DNA of 64,000 bases from an uncultured delta proteobacterium (GTDB taxonomy: Bacteria; Desulfobacterota; Desulfomonilia; UBA1062), in NCBI GenBank assembly GCA_963752595.1, contig CAVVYZ010000016.1, positions 16,471 to 80,470 of the forward strand. Direction: 5' to 3'. Of this stretch, positions 42,378 to 52,219 are shown one piece after another. The notes beneath the pieces were generated by a model. The model made no database searches, was not told where the DNA came from, and worked only from the letters and a program-made list of their open reading frames with translations. The number at the start of each line of letters is the position of its first letter. Position 1 is the first letter of the stretch. Both the position numbers and the translations under genes were made by a program.

Positions 42378-42476
42378 ACTTTCCCCCTCATCTTTGTCTA
42401 CTAACATATAATATAATATATGAATACAATATAAGATACACATATAACATCATGGAAGACAATTAAAAAAGTGCCC

Positions 42477-43187
42477 TTAGCCGGCGTCCAGTATAGAAGC
42501 TTCGGACGGAAGTCGAGATAATCGGCCGAGACGAATTCGAAACGGATGCCTGTCAACGGTGCGATTAAATCCTCTGTAGTCGAGAGTTCCCGAGATGCAT
42601 GTGCCCGAACACCCAGATATCGCACCCGATAGTCCCTGCCGAACTCGACTGCCTTGCTCGGCCTGCCGTCCAGGGAAATGGGCGGGAAATGGGTCATGAT
42701 GATCCTTATCCTGAGGCCTGCCGGAAGGGTTCAGGGATATTTTCGAGTCTCGTCCAGCTCCCGCTCCCAGATCTTCTTGTCTTCTTCCGTGGTATTTTCG
42801 AGCTGGAGCCCGGGATCGAGCCAGAGCCTGGAACCGGCGATGCCGATGTCGCCGAATACCACGGACGAATTCTGCAGGGGCATGATCGTGGGCCGCAACG
42901 AACTGCTTCACTTTGTTCAGGCTCGACCACCAGTAGTCGTGGTTGCCCTTGATGATGACCTTGCTGCCGGGAAGGCGTTCGAGAAAAGCAAAGTCTTCTC
43001 TCGCTTCGTCGATGCGCATGGCCCAGGAGATATCACCGGGAACGAGGACCACGTCATCCGGATGAATGCGGTCGAGCCATGCCTTCCTGATCTTCTCCGG
43101 GTGATCCTTCCATGAGCTTCCGAACATGTCCATGGGCTTGTCCGCCTGAAAGGACAGGTGCAGATCAGAGATGGCGAATATCTTCAC
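42477..43187 (-). CDS. Calcineurin-like metallophosphoesterase (frameshifted)
   Basis: IFAISDLHL, VPGDISWA, KGNHDYWW, THFPP, and FGHMH in a later frame. GTG start at 43187. Confidence 0.85.
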   Translation of the reverse strand: MKIFAISDLHLSFQADKPMDMFGSSWKDHPEKIRKAWLDRIHPDDVVLVPGDISWAMRIDEAREDFAFLERLPGSKVIIKGNHDYWWSSLNKVKQFVAAHDHAPAEFVRGIRRHRHRRFQALARSRAPARKYHGRRQEDLGAGAGRDSKISLNPSGRPQDKDHHDPFPAHFPGRQAEQGSRVRQGLSGAISGCSGTCISGTLDYRGFNRTVDRHPFRIRLGRLSRLPSEASILDAG

Positions 43188-44121
43188 GTACTTTCCTTTC
43201 TTTAAGGATGTCCCGGGCTGCCGGCAGTCTTCGCCGATCTGCTCGATCAGGTATTCCTTGTCGGCAAATTTGATCTCGCCCCGGATATGCTCCACAAATT
43301 CGATGGTCAGCTCCGGCCGTAGATATCTCCTCATCGAAGATCGAAAATGAATGCCTCGATGGAGGTCCCCATGTCTCCGAATGTCGGATTGTTGCCGATG
43401 TTCACCACCCCTTCGAGCTATTTGTCCTCGAGATAGATATACACTGCATACACTCCATAGGCAGGGATGAGCTCTTTGTCGGTCTGAACATTCGCCGTGG
43501 GGAAGCCGAGCCTCTGCCCCTGGACATGCCATGCACCACCGGCCCATGGATGCCGGAAGGGAAACTTCATGAGCCTCGCCTGCCCCGGCATACATCCCCG
43601 GAGAGGATCATCTTTCTGATGTAGGTGCTCGATATCACGGCCCCCTCGATACATCACCGGATCGACGCATTCCACGAAAAAGCCCATTTTCGCCCCGATG
43701 CGTTTCAAGAACGGGATGTCGCCCATGGCCTTTTTCCCGAACGAGAAGTCATGCCCGACCACCACACCCTGGGCCCCGATCCTTTTCAGATGGTGTCCTT
43801 GACAAATATCTCCGGGTTGGTATCCGCAACCTCCCGGGTAAAGGGTGCGATGATGAGATAATCCATGCCGAGGCAGCGGATGGCCTCGATCTTTTCTTCC
43901 AGGGTAAAGATGAGCTGGGGGGTAACGCCCTTTATCACCGAGGCGGGGTGCGGGTTGAAGGTATAGACCACCGACACGCCGCCGATGCTTTGCAGCATGC
44001 GACCTGACCCTCTGAAAGATCTCCTGATGCCCGATATGGCAGCCGTCGAAGTTGCCGATCGTCACCACGGCCGTATTAATTTCTCAGGATCGATCCATTC
44101 ATTGTTCCATATAACTTCCAT
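43184..44121 (-). CDS. ribF: Bifunctional riboflavin kinase/FAD synthetase (frameshifted; ends approximate)
   Basis: VTIGNFDGCHIGHQ, TFNPHP, VVGHDFSFG, LGFPTAN, GVYAV, IRGEIKF. Confidence 0.92.
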
Positions 44122-44193
44122 AGATACGTCCTTGACTATTTTATGGTTCCCAACTATATATGAAATTCACTAGAGGTTTTCAAGTTCAGTAGT

Positions 44194-44280
44194 GCCGGGA
44201 TGGCGGAATTGGCAGACGCGCAAGGTTCAGGACCTTGTGGGTGCAAGCTCGTGCAGGTTCAAGTCCTGTTCCCGGCACCA
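44194..44280 (+). tRNA. tRNA-Leu(CAG)
   Basis: GCCGGGATGGCGGAATTGGCAGACGCG-CAAGG-TTCAGGA-CCTTG, long variable arm, GGTTCAAGTCC..CCCGGCACCA. Confidence 0.97.
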
Positions 44281-44458
44281 AAGTTTTTCTTTCACTGCAC
44301 TGAAATTACCCCCGTAATGTATTTTCCCCTCTATGGCTCGCTCCAAAAACATGATTTGACATTTGATGGTATTTTCTTCAATCAATATGGAAGGCCAGGG
44401 GTTTGCGGGTTTTCTCTGCATTCCTGTTCCCCTAACCCCGCCGGCGCGGAGAGCATGG

Positions 44459-45106
44459 ATGGCACAAACAACAAGTAAAAATGGAGCTTATTCAAGGCTG
44501 AAGGGTGATCAGAGGGAGGCCCGGAAGAATGCCATCATCGATGCCGCAGAGGAGATATTTGCCTCAAAGCCGTTCAGCAAGGTCAGCATGCGGGATATCG
44601 CGAAACAGGCAGGCATTTCTCCGGCGCTGATCTATCGCTATTTTCCGGACCAGCAGCACCTGTTTGTCGAGGCATTCTTCAGGGGTGCGGAGCATCTCAC
44701 CAGGATCTTCGATCGTCTCTTAAGCACGCCCGGCAGCGACTTTATTGAAGAAGGGGCAAACCGGTTCATCGCCTTTCTCACCGAGCACGAACAGTATTTC
44801 AAGATGATGACGCATTTCATGCTCGAAGGTTCTCTTAATGAGGCCCTTCGGGACAGGCTCAACGACATTGAACGATCCATGCTGGGCCAGTTCGACCGGC
44901 TCTTCGAGAAGGCAGGGGCCAAAGGGAATCCGCGCCTGCTCTCCCATGCGTTTTTCGCCTCGCTGAACGGCATCCTCATTACCTTCAGGCAGCACCCGGG
45001 CAGGAGCCCCGAAGAGGTCCGCGAGCATATGGACCATGTCGGCCGCATCATTGCACAGCTCTTCACGAACGCGGTCAAACAGGATGATACGGGCATCCCT
45101 CGCTAA
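44459..45106 (+). CDS. TetR/AcrR-family regulator
   Basis: IIDAAEEIF..VSMRDIAKQAGISPALIYRYF. Confidence 0.9.
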   Translation: MAQTTSKNGAYSRLKGDQREARKNAIIDAAEEIFASKPFSKVSMRDIAKQAGISPALIYRYFPDQQHLFVEAFFRGAEHLTRIFDRLLSTPGSDFIEEGANRFIAFLTEHEQYFKMMTHFMLEGSLNEALRDRLNDIERSMLGQFDRLFEKAGAKGNPRLLSHAFFASLNGILITFRQHPGRSPEEVREHMDHVGRIIAQLFTNAVKQDDTGIPR

Positions 45107-45129
45107 GATGCCAGTTTGCTTCTATGAAG

Positions 45130-46733
45130 TCATGAAACCGAGTCACCGACCTCTCGAAGAGCAGAGTCCTGGTAGGCATGATAGAGCTCGTGGCAGAAGC
45201 TGTCCCACCGGCGGCAGACATCCAGGGTCGTTTCATCCATGATAAAGAGGTTCGGATGGGCGACGAGCTCCTCCATCTCCGCACCGAGCTTTTTGACTAT
45301 TTCCTCATCTGCGCCTGCCAGGATGTTTCGTACGAACTCCGCAGGCGCATACCAGGACGACGCCCGCTGGAAGTCCCGGTGAATCTGGGTCAGGAGCACA
45401 TTCCGGGGGCCTTCCCAGAGCTCGTTGATGGCAGAATCCCTGAAAAGCCTGGGCAGGGACGAGAAGTCTTCCATCACGCCGTGGCCGCCGAAGACGGACA
45501 TGGCCAGTCCGGATGAATCGGTGCAGTCCCATGATGCGGCCATCTTCTGGAGCATGATGAGCTCGCGCACGGCGAAACGCTTCTTCTTCATGAGCTTCGG
45601 TTTCGTCTGTGACCAGGCCGCCTTTGAGCCCGCCCTCGAGGCCGAGGAAATCCCTGTAGAGCTTGAAGGCCGCTGCGGTGGTCCTCTTCGCGCTCGTCGA
45701 TGTGCCGGATCTGGTCCGCCAGCATGGGAAACTGACCGATCCTGAAGCCCGAAGGCGTCCCTGAACTCGGCATATCTCTTTGCCTCCCGGACCGCCCTGG
45801 TCATGAAGGCTGCGGCGGACAGGCCCACGGTGAGCCTTGAATAGGTGAGCACGATGCCCACCACGTTGGCCACTCCCCTGTCCAGCGGGCCCACCGGATA
45901 TGCGACGGCCCCGTTAAAGGTGATCTCCGCCGTGGTCAGCTCGCTGGTGCCCATCTTCCATTTGATCCGGTCGATGGTGTAGCCGTTCCTGATCTCTTTT
46001 TCCTTGTTGCCCGGGCAGCCATGAAGGCACCACGAACAGTGCGACCTCTTCCGAACCGGCGGGCTTGGCAGTCACCACTGCATAATCCGCATGGGTGGCG
46101 GAGCAGAAGAATTTCTTGCCGTAAAGCTTCCATGGCCGTCTTCCTGAACCGCCTCCAGGACATTGGAAGGCACATCCGACCCGCCCTGGATCTCGGAAAG
46201 GTACTGTGCGCCGATGGCGAAATCGCCGTCTATGCCTTCCTTGCAATGCTCGAGGATTGCCTTGTCTCAGGGGTGTCTGCGAATTTGTCCAGCAGGGCGA
46301 CAAGGCCCTCCGTACAGGTGATGGGGCAGGCGATGCAGGCCTCGCCGTTCTGGTAGATGAGGAACATTTTGGCCAGCCTGAGCCAGGGTGAGGTCTTGCT
46401 GGAGAAAAGGGCTTCGGAGAAGATCTCCTTTTCCATGATCTCTGTCTCGGCGGGCCTGACGATCCGGTCGATCCGGTGGTTGTGGCCGTCATAGTGCATC
46501 ATGTAGGGCCTGTTCTCGGGCTAGGCAGATGGTTTCCGCAAAATCCCTCCACCGGTAGGATACCTTGTCGGACATCCTCAGCAGCTCTTCATGGATGCTC
46601 TTCCCAGCCATCGCCGGAGAAATGCTGCACCACCTTCTGGAAAAAATCGTCATCGAGGTAATAATTCACCTTGCTCCTCCATCGGAGAAACTCATCGAAA
46701 GTAATATGGGTTGTTCCTATCAGGTAATGACAT
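45130..46733 (-). CDS. Acyl-CoA dehydrogenase, AidB-like (multiple frameshifts)
   Basis: GEACIACPITCT, SEIQGGSD, LYGKKFFCS, IDRIKWKMGT.ELTTAE, FGGHGVMEDF, WEGPRNV. Confidence 0.85.
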
Positions 46734-46812
46734 TTGTATACCGCTCCTTTTTTTTGGGTGTTCAGAGCACGATTGTAAGCTCAAGAGAAATAATAAGATA
46801 TTTATTTACAAG

Positions 46813-46829
46813 TGTAAACAGTGTTTACA
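46813..46829. promoter_or_regulatory. Palindromic operator candidate TGTAAACAGTGTTTACA
   Basis: 8-1-8 inverted repeat 80 bp upstream of the acyl-CoA dehydrogenase, overlapped by a second TTTACAAGTGTAAA; plausibly bound by the neighbouring TetR. Confidence 0.6.
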
Positions 46830-46871
46830 GATATTTCAGAAAACGGCCTCGCAGAATGGCACAAATGGGTA

Positions 46872-47573
46872 TTACATCCCTTTGAAGGCCGCCTGGTCAT
46901 CGAGCCATGTCACAAGCTCGTCCTGGATCGGCGGGATATACCTCACCGGATATGGCGAATGCGAGGAAGAGTTCGAGGTAAACTCATCATACCACTTCTG
47001 CTGGATGGGGATGATCCGGGAGAGGATAAGGTCTTCCTTCATCCCGAATCTTTTTGCGAGCTCCACCTGCGTAAGGAATACCGGCTTTTCCGAGAGCCCG
47101 AGTACGAGATAGCTGAAGAGTGTCGCCTTGACGATCCGGATGTTCCTGCCTTCGATACTTCCGCTCCAGGCAGCGGTTATGCCTTTCTCCGATTCGACTT
47201 GAGCTTTCAGCCCGTCAAAGTCCTTCCGGGAAACGTTCGTGCAGAAATCCAGAACCTCGGGTTTTGTGAGGCTCCTGGTAAGAAGGCGCACCTGCCGGTA
47301 GGGCCTTAATAGATACATGGGGTTGTCGTAATCCTTGAGGATCTGGAGGGAAGGTCTCTTGCCGATTTCGAGAAAATGCCCGTTCACCTTGACTCCCCTC
47401 ATGTCGTCCCGATGAGAATCGAGAAATTCGATCAGGCCGGCAGGGGTGCCTGCATTCGTATATGTCAGGGGGATGATGCCCCGGATCGAGAGCGCCCAGA
47501 GAACAGTGACGAGTATGAACCCGGCGCCCAGTATCCACACGGTCGTGGTAAGCTTCTTCCCCTGCTCGGCCAT
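46872..47573 (-). CDS. Hypothetical membrane-anchored protein
   Basis: N-terminal TM helix, GGAGG RBS, operonic with the upstream gene. Confidence 0.7.
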   Translation of the reverse strand: MAEQGKKLTTTVWILGAGFILVTVLWALSIRGIIPLTYTNAGTPAGLIEFLDSHRDDMRGVKVNGHFLEIGKRPSLQILKDYDNPMYLLRPYRQVRLLTRSLTKPEVLDFCTNVSRKDFDGLKAQVESEKGITAAWSGSIEGRNIRIVKATLFSYLVLGLSEKPVFLTQVELAKRFGMKEDLILSRIIPIQQKWYDEFTSNSSSHSPYPVRYIPPIQDELVTWLDDQAAFKGM

Positions 47574-47582
47574 TGCCTCCCC

Positions 47583-47987
47583 CTACCCTTCAAGTAACTT
47601 CTTAACCGCTTCCCTTAAACCCGGATTTCTAATCTTTTCCACATCCGCCGGGTCGATATCCGGCCTTCTGAATGTCTTCCGAACCTTTTCCTTCGGCACC
47701 TGAGTCCTATTCACTCCGAACTTGGCTTCTATCCTTTCAATCCTGACCTTGCCGATCTCGTGAATCCTCTGCGTCAGGGTAAGCGAAAGGATATCCATCT
47801 GCTGCACCCATGCAGGTGAGTCGCACAGAACCAGGAGAACTTTCCCTTTCAGCTGAACCGGTTCCGTGTGGGAGCTTAACACCTCACCGACTATCTCTGT
47901 CCAGAGCTTACGAATCCTGATGACCTTACCGAATCCTCTGTACGTCCTGTCTAAGATGTCTGATACTTTCTGCATGGGGATATTCAA
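47583..47987 (-). CDS. dciA: DUF721/DciA family protein
   Basis: W.EIVGE.LSSHTEP..L.G..L.V.CDSPAWVQQM. Confidence 0.8.
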   Translation of the reverse strand: MNIPMQKVSDILDRTYRGFGKVIRIRKLWTEIVGEVLSSHTEPVQLKGKVLLVLCDSPAWVQQMDILSLTLTQRIHEIGKVRIERIEAKFGVNRTQVPKEKVRKTFRRPDIDPADVEKIRNPGLREAVKKLLEG

Positions 47988-48169
47988 TCATAATGCAAGC
48001 GAAAATCAAACCCCTTTTTTCTCAGGAAACGGCATCAGAACATATTCCAATGGCATTTACCATGGTTAGCCTATAAATTGCCCCATAAATAATTTCAGCC
48101 TCATCCTGAAAATAAACATGGAACATAAGCCGGCTGTTACTCATGGGCCTTTCGAACTCACCCCTTAGG

Positions 48170-49144
48170 TCAGCTGATTTCGTGAGCTCGTTCATCAAGC
48201 AGAGAAACCAGGCCCTGGAAATCTTCCGGTGGCTCTGTCGAGAACTCCATGTATTGGCCTGTGATCGGGTGGACGATGCCCAATTTGCAGGCATGGAGCA
48301 TCTGTCTCCCCAATAACTTGATTCGGGATCTGATGAGAGGATCTTTGATGGTGTTAGCCCTGTTCTTTCCTCCATACTCCGGGTCCCCGACAACAGGATG
48401 GCCCATATCGGCGAGGTGAACCCTGATCTGGTGGGTTCTGCCCGTTTCGAGGCTCAGCTCCAGGAGAGAAAACTTGTCCCACTTCTTCAACACCTGCCAG
48501 TTGGTAGCCGCACGTCTGCCTTCAGAGACCTTTGAGCTCATCTTTTTCCTGTTCCTAGGGTTTCGCTGCATGAGGGTCTCGATCCTTCCTGCAGATTCGC
48601 CCAGGTGGCCGTAGCAGATCGCCAGATAGATCCTCGAATGACTGTGTTCCTTGAATGCGGCAGCGAGTTTCTCACAGGCCTCCGTGCTGCGCGCGACCAC
48701 CATGACGCCTGATGTGAGCTTGTCCAGGCGGTGAACAATCCCGGGCCTGTCCGTTGCCCCAACGTTTGAGATCTCGGGATACCGGTGGATGAGGGCATTG
48801 ACCAGGGTACCCTGGTTTTCTCCGGCACCCGGATGGACAACGAGCCCTGCGGGCTTGTTGATGACGATGATGGCGGAGTCCTCGTAGAGGACAGTAAACG
48901 GCAGGTCGATACCTGCCAGGAGAGGAGTGTCGTTTGCGGGCTCGATTCGAGCGTTTACCTTCATGCCGGCTTTTAGCTTGAAAGAAGACTTCCTCGCCTT
49001 TCCATCGACCAGCACCTGGCCCTTGTCAATCTGCTTCGCCGCAGCGGATCGTGTAATGTGCAAGCGACGGCAAAGATAAGCATCAAGCCTTGTATCGTTT
49101 TCTCCCTCATCGACAAGAAGATCCTGATGTTCCGTCAGTGACAT
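48170..49144 (-). CDS. rluD: RluA/RluD-family 23S rRNA pseudouridine synthase
   Basis: S4 domain RLDAYL, NKPAGLVVHP, RPGIVHRLDKLTSG, LETGRTHQIRVH, QMLHA. Confidence 0.92.
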   Translation of the reverse strand: MSLTEHQDLLVDEGENDTRLDAYLCRRLHITRSAAAKQIDKGQVLVDGKARKSSFKLKAGMKVNARIEPANDTPLLAGIDLPFTVLYEDSAIIVINKPAGLVVHPGAGENQGTLVNALIHRYPEISNVGATDRPGIVHRLDKLTSGVMVVARSTEACEKLAAAFKEHSHSRIYLAICYGHLGESAGRIETLMQRNPRNRKKMSSKVSEGRRAATNWQVLKKWDKFSLLELSLETGRTHQIRVHLADMGHPVVGDPEYGGKNRANTIKDPLIRSRIKLLGRQMLHACKLGIVHPITGQYMEFSTEPPEDFQGLVSLLDERAHEIS

Positions 49145-49242
49145 CTTTGATCCCGTTGAAATGGGTCGGCCTTTTCAAGTCCTGGTGCCGCCCAATAAAG
49201 GGAAGACTCAGGGTACCTCTCTGGGAGAAGGATCGCCTCGGC

Positions 49243-50625
49243 TTACTTACCACCTAATGCCTCATTGATTTTCTGTGCAAGTACAGGAATGAGAAAAGGC
49301 TCCAATGCCTTCATATCAAAGATGAGTCTGTCTTCCTCGATTCGGGCCACCACGGCAGGTTCTCCCTTTCTCAGGCGGGTATGGACCGTTGAGGCCGCAG
49401 GAGTGGTTAGGACTACCCCGTATGAAGGAAAACTCTTTGTGGGTGCCGAACCTCCCCCCACGACTGCCTTTGTGGGTACAACCTCTGTCGTCTGATCAAG
49501 GAGGAGAGATTTGAGTTCTTCAGCCCTTGTCTTCACCGCTGACGGAGGCTCGAGAATCATTCTGAGCACCGGTATTTCCTTGTACATGCCTTTGGAAAGG
49601 AGCCTGAATGTTGCGCTCAGCGATGCGATGGCAAGCTTGTCGATACGCAGTGCCCGATGCATGGGATTCTTCGCCATCCTTTCAATAAGTTCGGATCTTC
49701 CCAGGATAACACCCGCCTGGGGCCCGCCAAGCACCTTGTCCCCGCTGAAAGAGAGGACATCTGCATACTGGAGGCAGGAGGGGATTGTCCACTCATCAGG
49801 GATCCCTGCAGCCGTGAGGTCGAAAGGCACGCCCGAACCCATATCCACATACAATGGGATTCCGAATTCACGGGAAAGAACTGATAGCTCTTTTATCTCC
49901 ACCTCCTCGGTAAAACCGACGATGGCAAAATTGCTCCGGTGAACCTTGAGAATGAGACCGGTATTGTCGGAAATGGCGCACCGGTAATCATTCATATTCG
50001 TCTTGTTGGTGGCACCGACTTCCCTCATGACAGCACCGCTCATGCTCATCACTTCCGGCACCCGGAAAGATCCACCGATCTCGACAAGCTCACCCCTGGA
50101 AATGATCACTTCCCTGCCCTGCGCGATGGTATTCAGTATGAGCAGCACGGCAGCTGCATTGTTATTCACCACAAGGGCATCTTCGGAGCCGAAGCAATAA
50201 CGGGTGATCGGGCGGATATGGTTCTGGCGGGATCCTCTGTCCCCCCGATCGAGATCATATTCGAGGTCCGAGTAGGAACCTGCTGCCAGAACCATGGCGT
50301 CGACGGCCTCCCGAGAAAGCGGCGCCCTTCCCAGATTGGTATGTACCACTACTCCAGTGGCATTGATGACCTGTTTCAGGCCGGATTCCATTACCCTCGT
50401 GATTTCTGCTGCCACGTCGGCTGCCACCTGGGCTGCACCCGGACTCTTGTCGATCCGGCCAGACGCTATCGCTTCCCGGATTTTACCCAGTGATGCCTGG
50501 ACTGCACGCTTGATCATTTCCTGTGAATAGGGAAGCTCTGCCAGAACAGGCTCGCCCAGTACTCCATCTACCTTGGGGATTGTCCGATACGCACCATTCA
50601 CTATCCGGCTCCTTCGCATCTTCAT
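49243..50625 (-). CDS. selA: L-seryl-tRNA(Sec) selenium transferase
   Basis: VINATGVVVHTNLGRA, VVNNNAAAV, SRGELVEIGGSFR, FSGDKVLGGPQAG, RALRIDK. Confidence 0.96.
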   Translation of the reverse strand: MKMRRSRIVNGAYRTIPKVDGVLGEPVLAELPYSQEMIKRAVQASLGKIREAIASGRIDKSPGAAQVAADVAAEITRVMESGLKQVINATGVVVHTNLGRAPLSREAVDAMVLAAGSYSDLEYDLDRGDRGSRQNHIRPITRYCFGSEDALVVNNNAAAVLLILNTIAQGREVIISRGELVEIGGSFRVPEVMSMSGAVMREVGATNKTNMNDYRCAISDNTGLILKVHRSNFAIVGFTEEVEIKELSVLSREFGIPLYVDMGSGVPFDLTAAGIPDEWTIPSCLQYADVLSFSGDKVLGGPQAGVILGRSELIERMAKNPMHRALRIDKLAIASLSATFRLLSKGMYKEIPVLRMILEPPSAVKTRAEELKSLLLDQTTEVVPTKAVVGGGSAPTKSFPSYGVVLTTPAASTVHTRLRKGEPAVVARIEEDRLIFDMKALEPFLIPVLAQKINEALGGK

Positions 50626-50983
50626 GACGGTATTTTTCTGATTCGCAGGTGTTCGAGTACGTACCGGCAGGAGATATTACTTGTTTTTTCACTAAAAACC
50701 TTTCCACTATCCTCAATGCCCGGGTATCAAGCAAACCAGTTCTATTTTTAAGTTGGTTATGCTAAGATATTTAACTGTCATCGTCAAGTCATACTGCATA
50801 ACATCTTTGAATTATTTATTTTTTGCTTTAATTTGAAATCCTTCACTGAAAATTGATTGATTGTTTATTTTGTTTTGTGTATAGATAAGAGGTTAAAATA
50901 AATATTTAATGAAATGAATCAGATAGCTCCGGAGGTAAAAAAATCACCTGCCATGGCATAGCGGTACTCATCAGGACCGTCAG

Positions 50984-51880
50984 GTGATCATAAAAATCCA
51001 TGAACCCCGATGGAGAGATTTGATGCCGAAGCCGGAAACTATAGACCGTAATAAGTGCTCTGGAAAAGATAAGGAAGAAAAGTACAAGGACCTTACAGCC
51101 CTGGATTTCTGGTGGGGACTTCGAGAGCTTGCTGCGGATTTCGATGTCAACAATTACCTCACAAAAGCCGGAGAGGAATTAAACCAGCAGCAGCGCAATG
51201 AAGTGGCTTACATCCAGCTATTGCATTACACTGTGGAGGTCAAGCTCGCCGGCGTCTTTTACCAGATGGAAAACATGGAGAAGCTTTTCAACTCTCCTTT
51301 GGACAAAAGCACGAGCCTTGACCTGCGGGTCTTTGAGGCAAAGGAGGCCTTCGACGCACTGAATGAAGACATGTACCAGGCGACATGCGCCATCGCAAAC
51401 CAGCTGTTCACACTGCTGAACCGCCCCAGCCTCACCCCCATTAAGATGGACCACACGAAACCCATTGCCATGAGCCCCTCTGAGTTGAGATACTGGCTGA
51501 AATTGAACAAGCACCCGGATTTCAAATCACTGAGCGCGATATTCAATGACTGCGACAACCAGCTGGACATCCGCCACCATGCAACGCATTACGGCGCCGT
51601 GCCGGTATTTGCCGATGCCAAGACCGGGATCCTTTACACTCAGAAAAATTTCAGGATAGGCGAGCTCCTGACCAAGTATGACATCCAGAGATACATGAAG
51701 TCCGGCAAACCCATGGCCAACCTTGTCGAAGCAGCGAAACCCCGAGCGCGAAGCCTCTGTGCCTTCATAAACAGGCTCTATAAATACATCTGGCGCAAAG
51801 ACGTGTTTGAGCGTTACATGGAGAGCCGCGGATTGAAGCTCAAGGACACCTATAAGCCTTACTGGGAACTGACTGAATAG
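50984..51880 (+). CDS. Hypothetical helical protein with an R-x4-H (HEPN-like) motif (start likely 51023)
   Basis: Intact ORF with DIRHHATHYG; preceded by a very AT-rich intergenic region. Confidence 0.7.
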   Translation: MIIKIHEPRWRDLMPKPETIDRNKCSGKDKEEKYKDLTALDFWWGLRELAADFDVNNYLTKAGEELNQQQRNEVAYIQLLHYTVEVKLAGVFYQMENMEKLFNSPLDKSTSLDLRVFEAKEAFDALNEDMYQATCAIANQLFTLLNRPSLTPIKMDHTKPIAMSPSELRYWLKLNKHPDFKSLSAIFNDCDNQLDIRHHATHYGAVPVFADAKTGILYTQKNFRIGELLTKYDIQRYMKSGKPMANLVEAAKPRARSLCAFINRLYKYIWRKDVFERYMESRGLKLKDTYKPYWELTE

Positions 51881-52219
51881 ATCCCCCTGCCGCCTTTGAG
51901 GAAACCCATTTCAATTCCCTAGGAACGACCGGTGGTCGCCCTCATTGCATCATACTTGTCTAAGGACAACCACTGATTGAAAAATATCATTGATTCCCAC
52001 AACCTGGTTGTGCCAATAATAGGCAGTGGGCAGGCTGCGCGCGGTACCATCAAAAATCTCTTTAGGATTTATGAAAATGCTCGTTGCAGTAGTGATGTGA
52101 GGGAGATCCTTGAAGAAAGTGGATCTTGAGCTTGGAGTTCAAGTATCCATCATCGAGGTAAGCACTTGGGCTTACAGGTTTATGTTATGGGTAAGCTTGG
52201 TGAAAAGAAGAAGGTGGAC

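Noticed and set aside
42477-43595. 372-aa RibF-phosphoesterase fusion in the ORF track
   Set aside because: It is an artefact of frameshifts joining the ribF tail frame to the next gene, which has its own RBS (AAGGA) and GTG start.
44194-44280. tRNA-Leu or tRNA-Val as an island integration site
   Set aside because: No integrase and no duplicated tRNA 3' end were seen, and the flanking genes look native.
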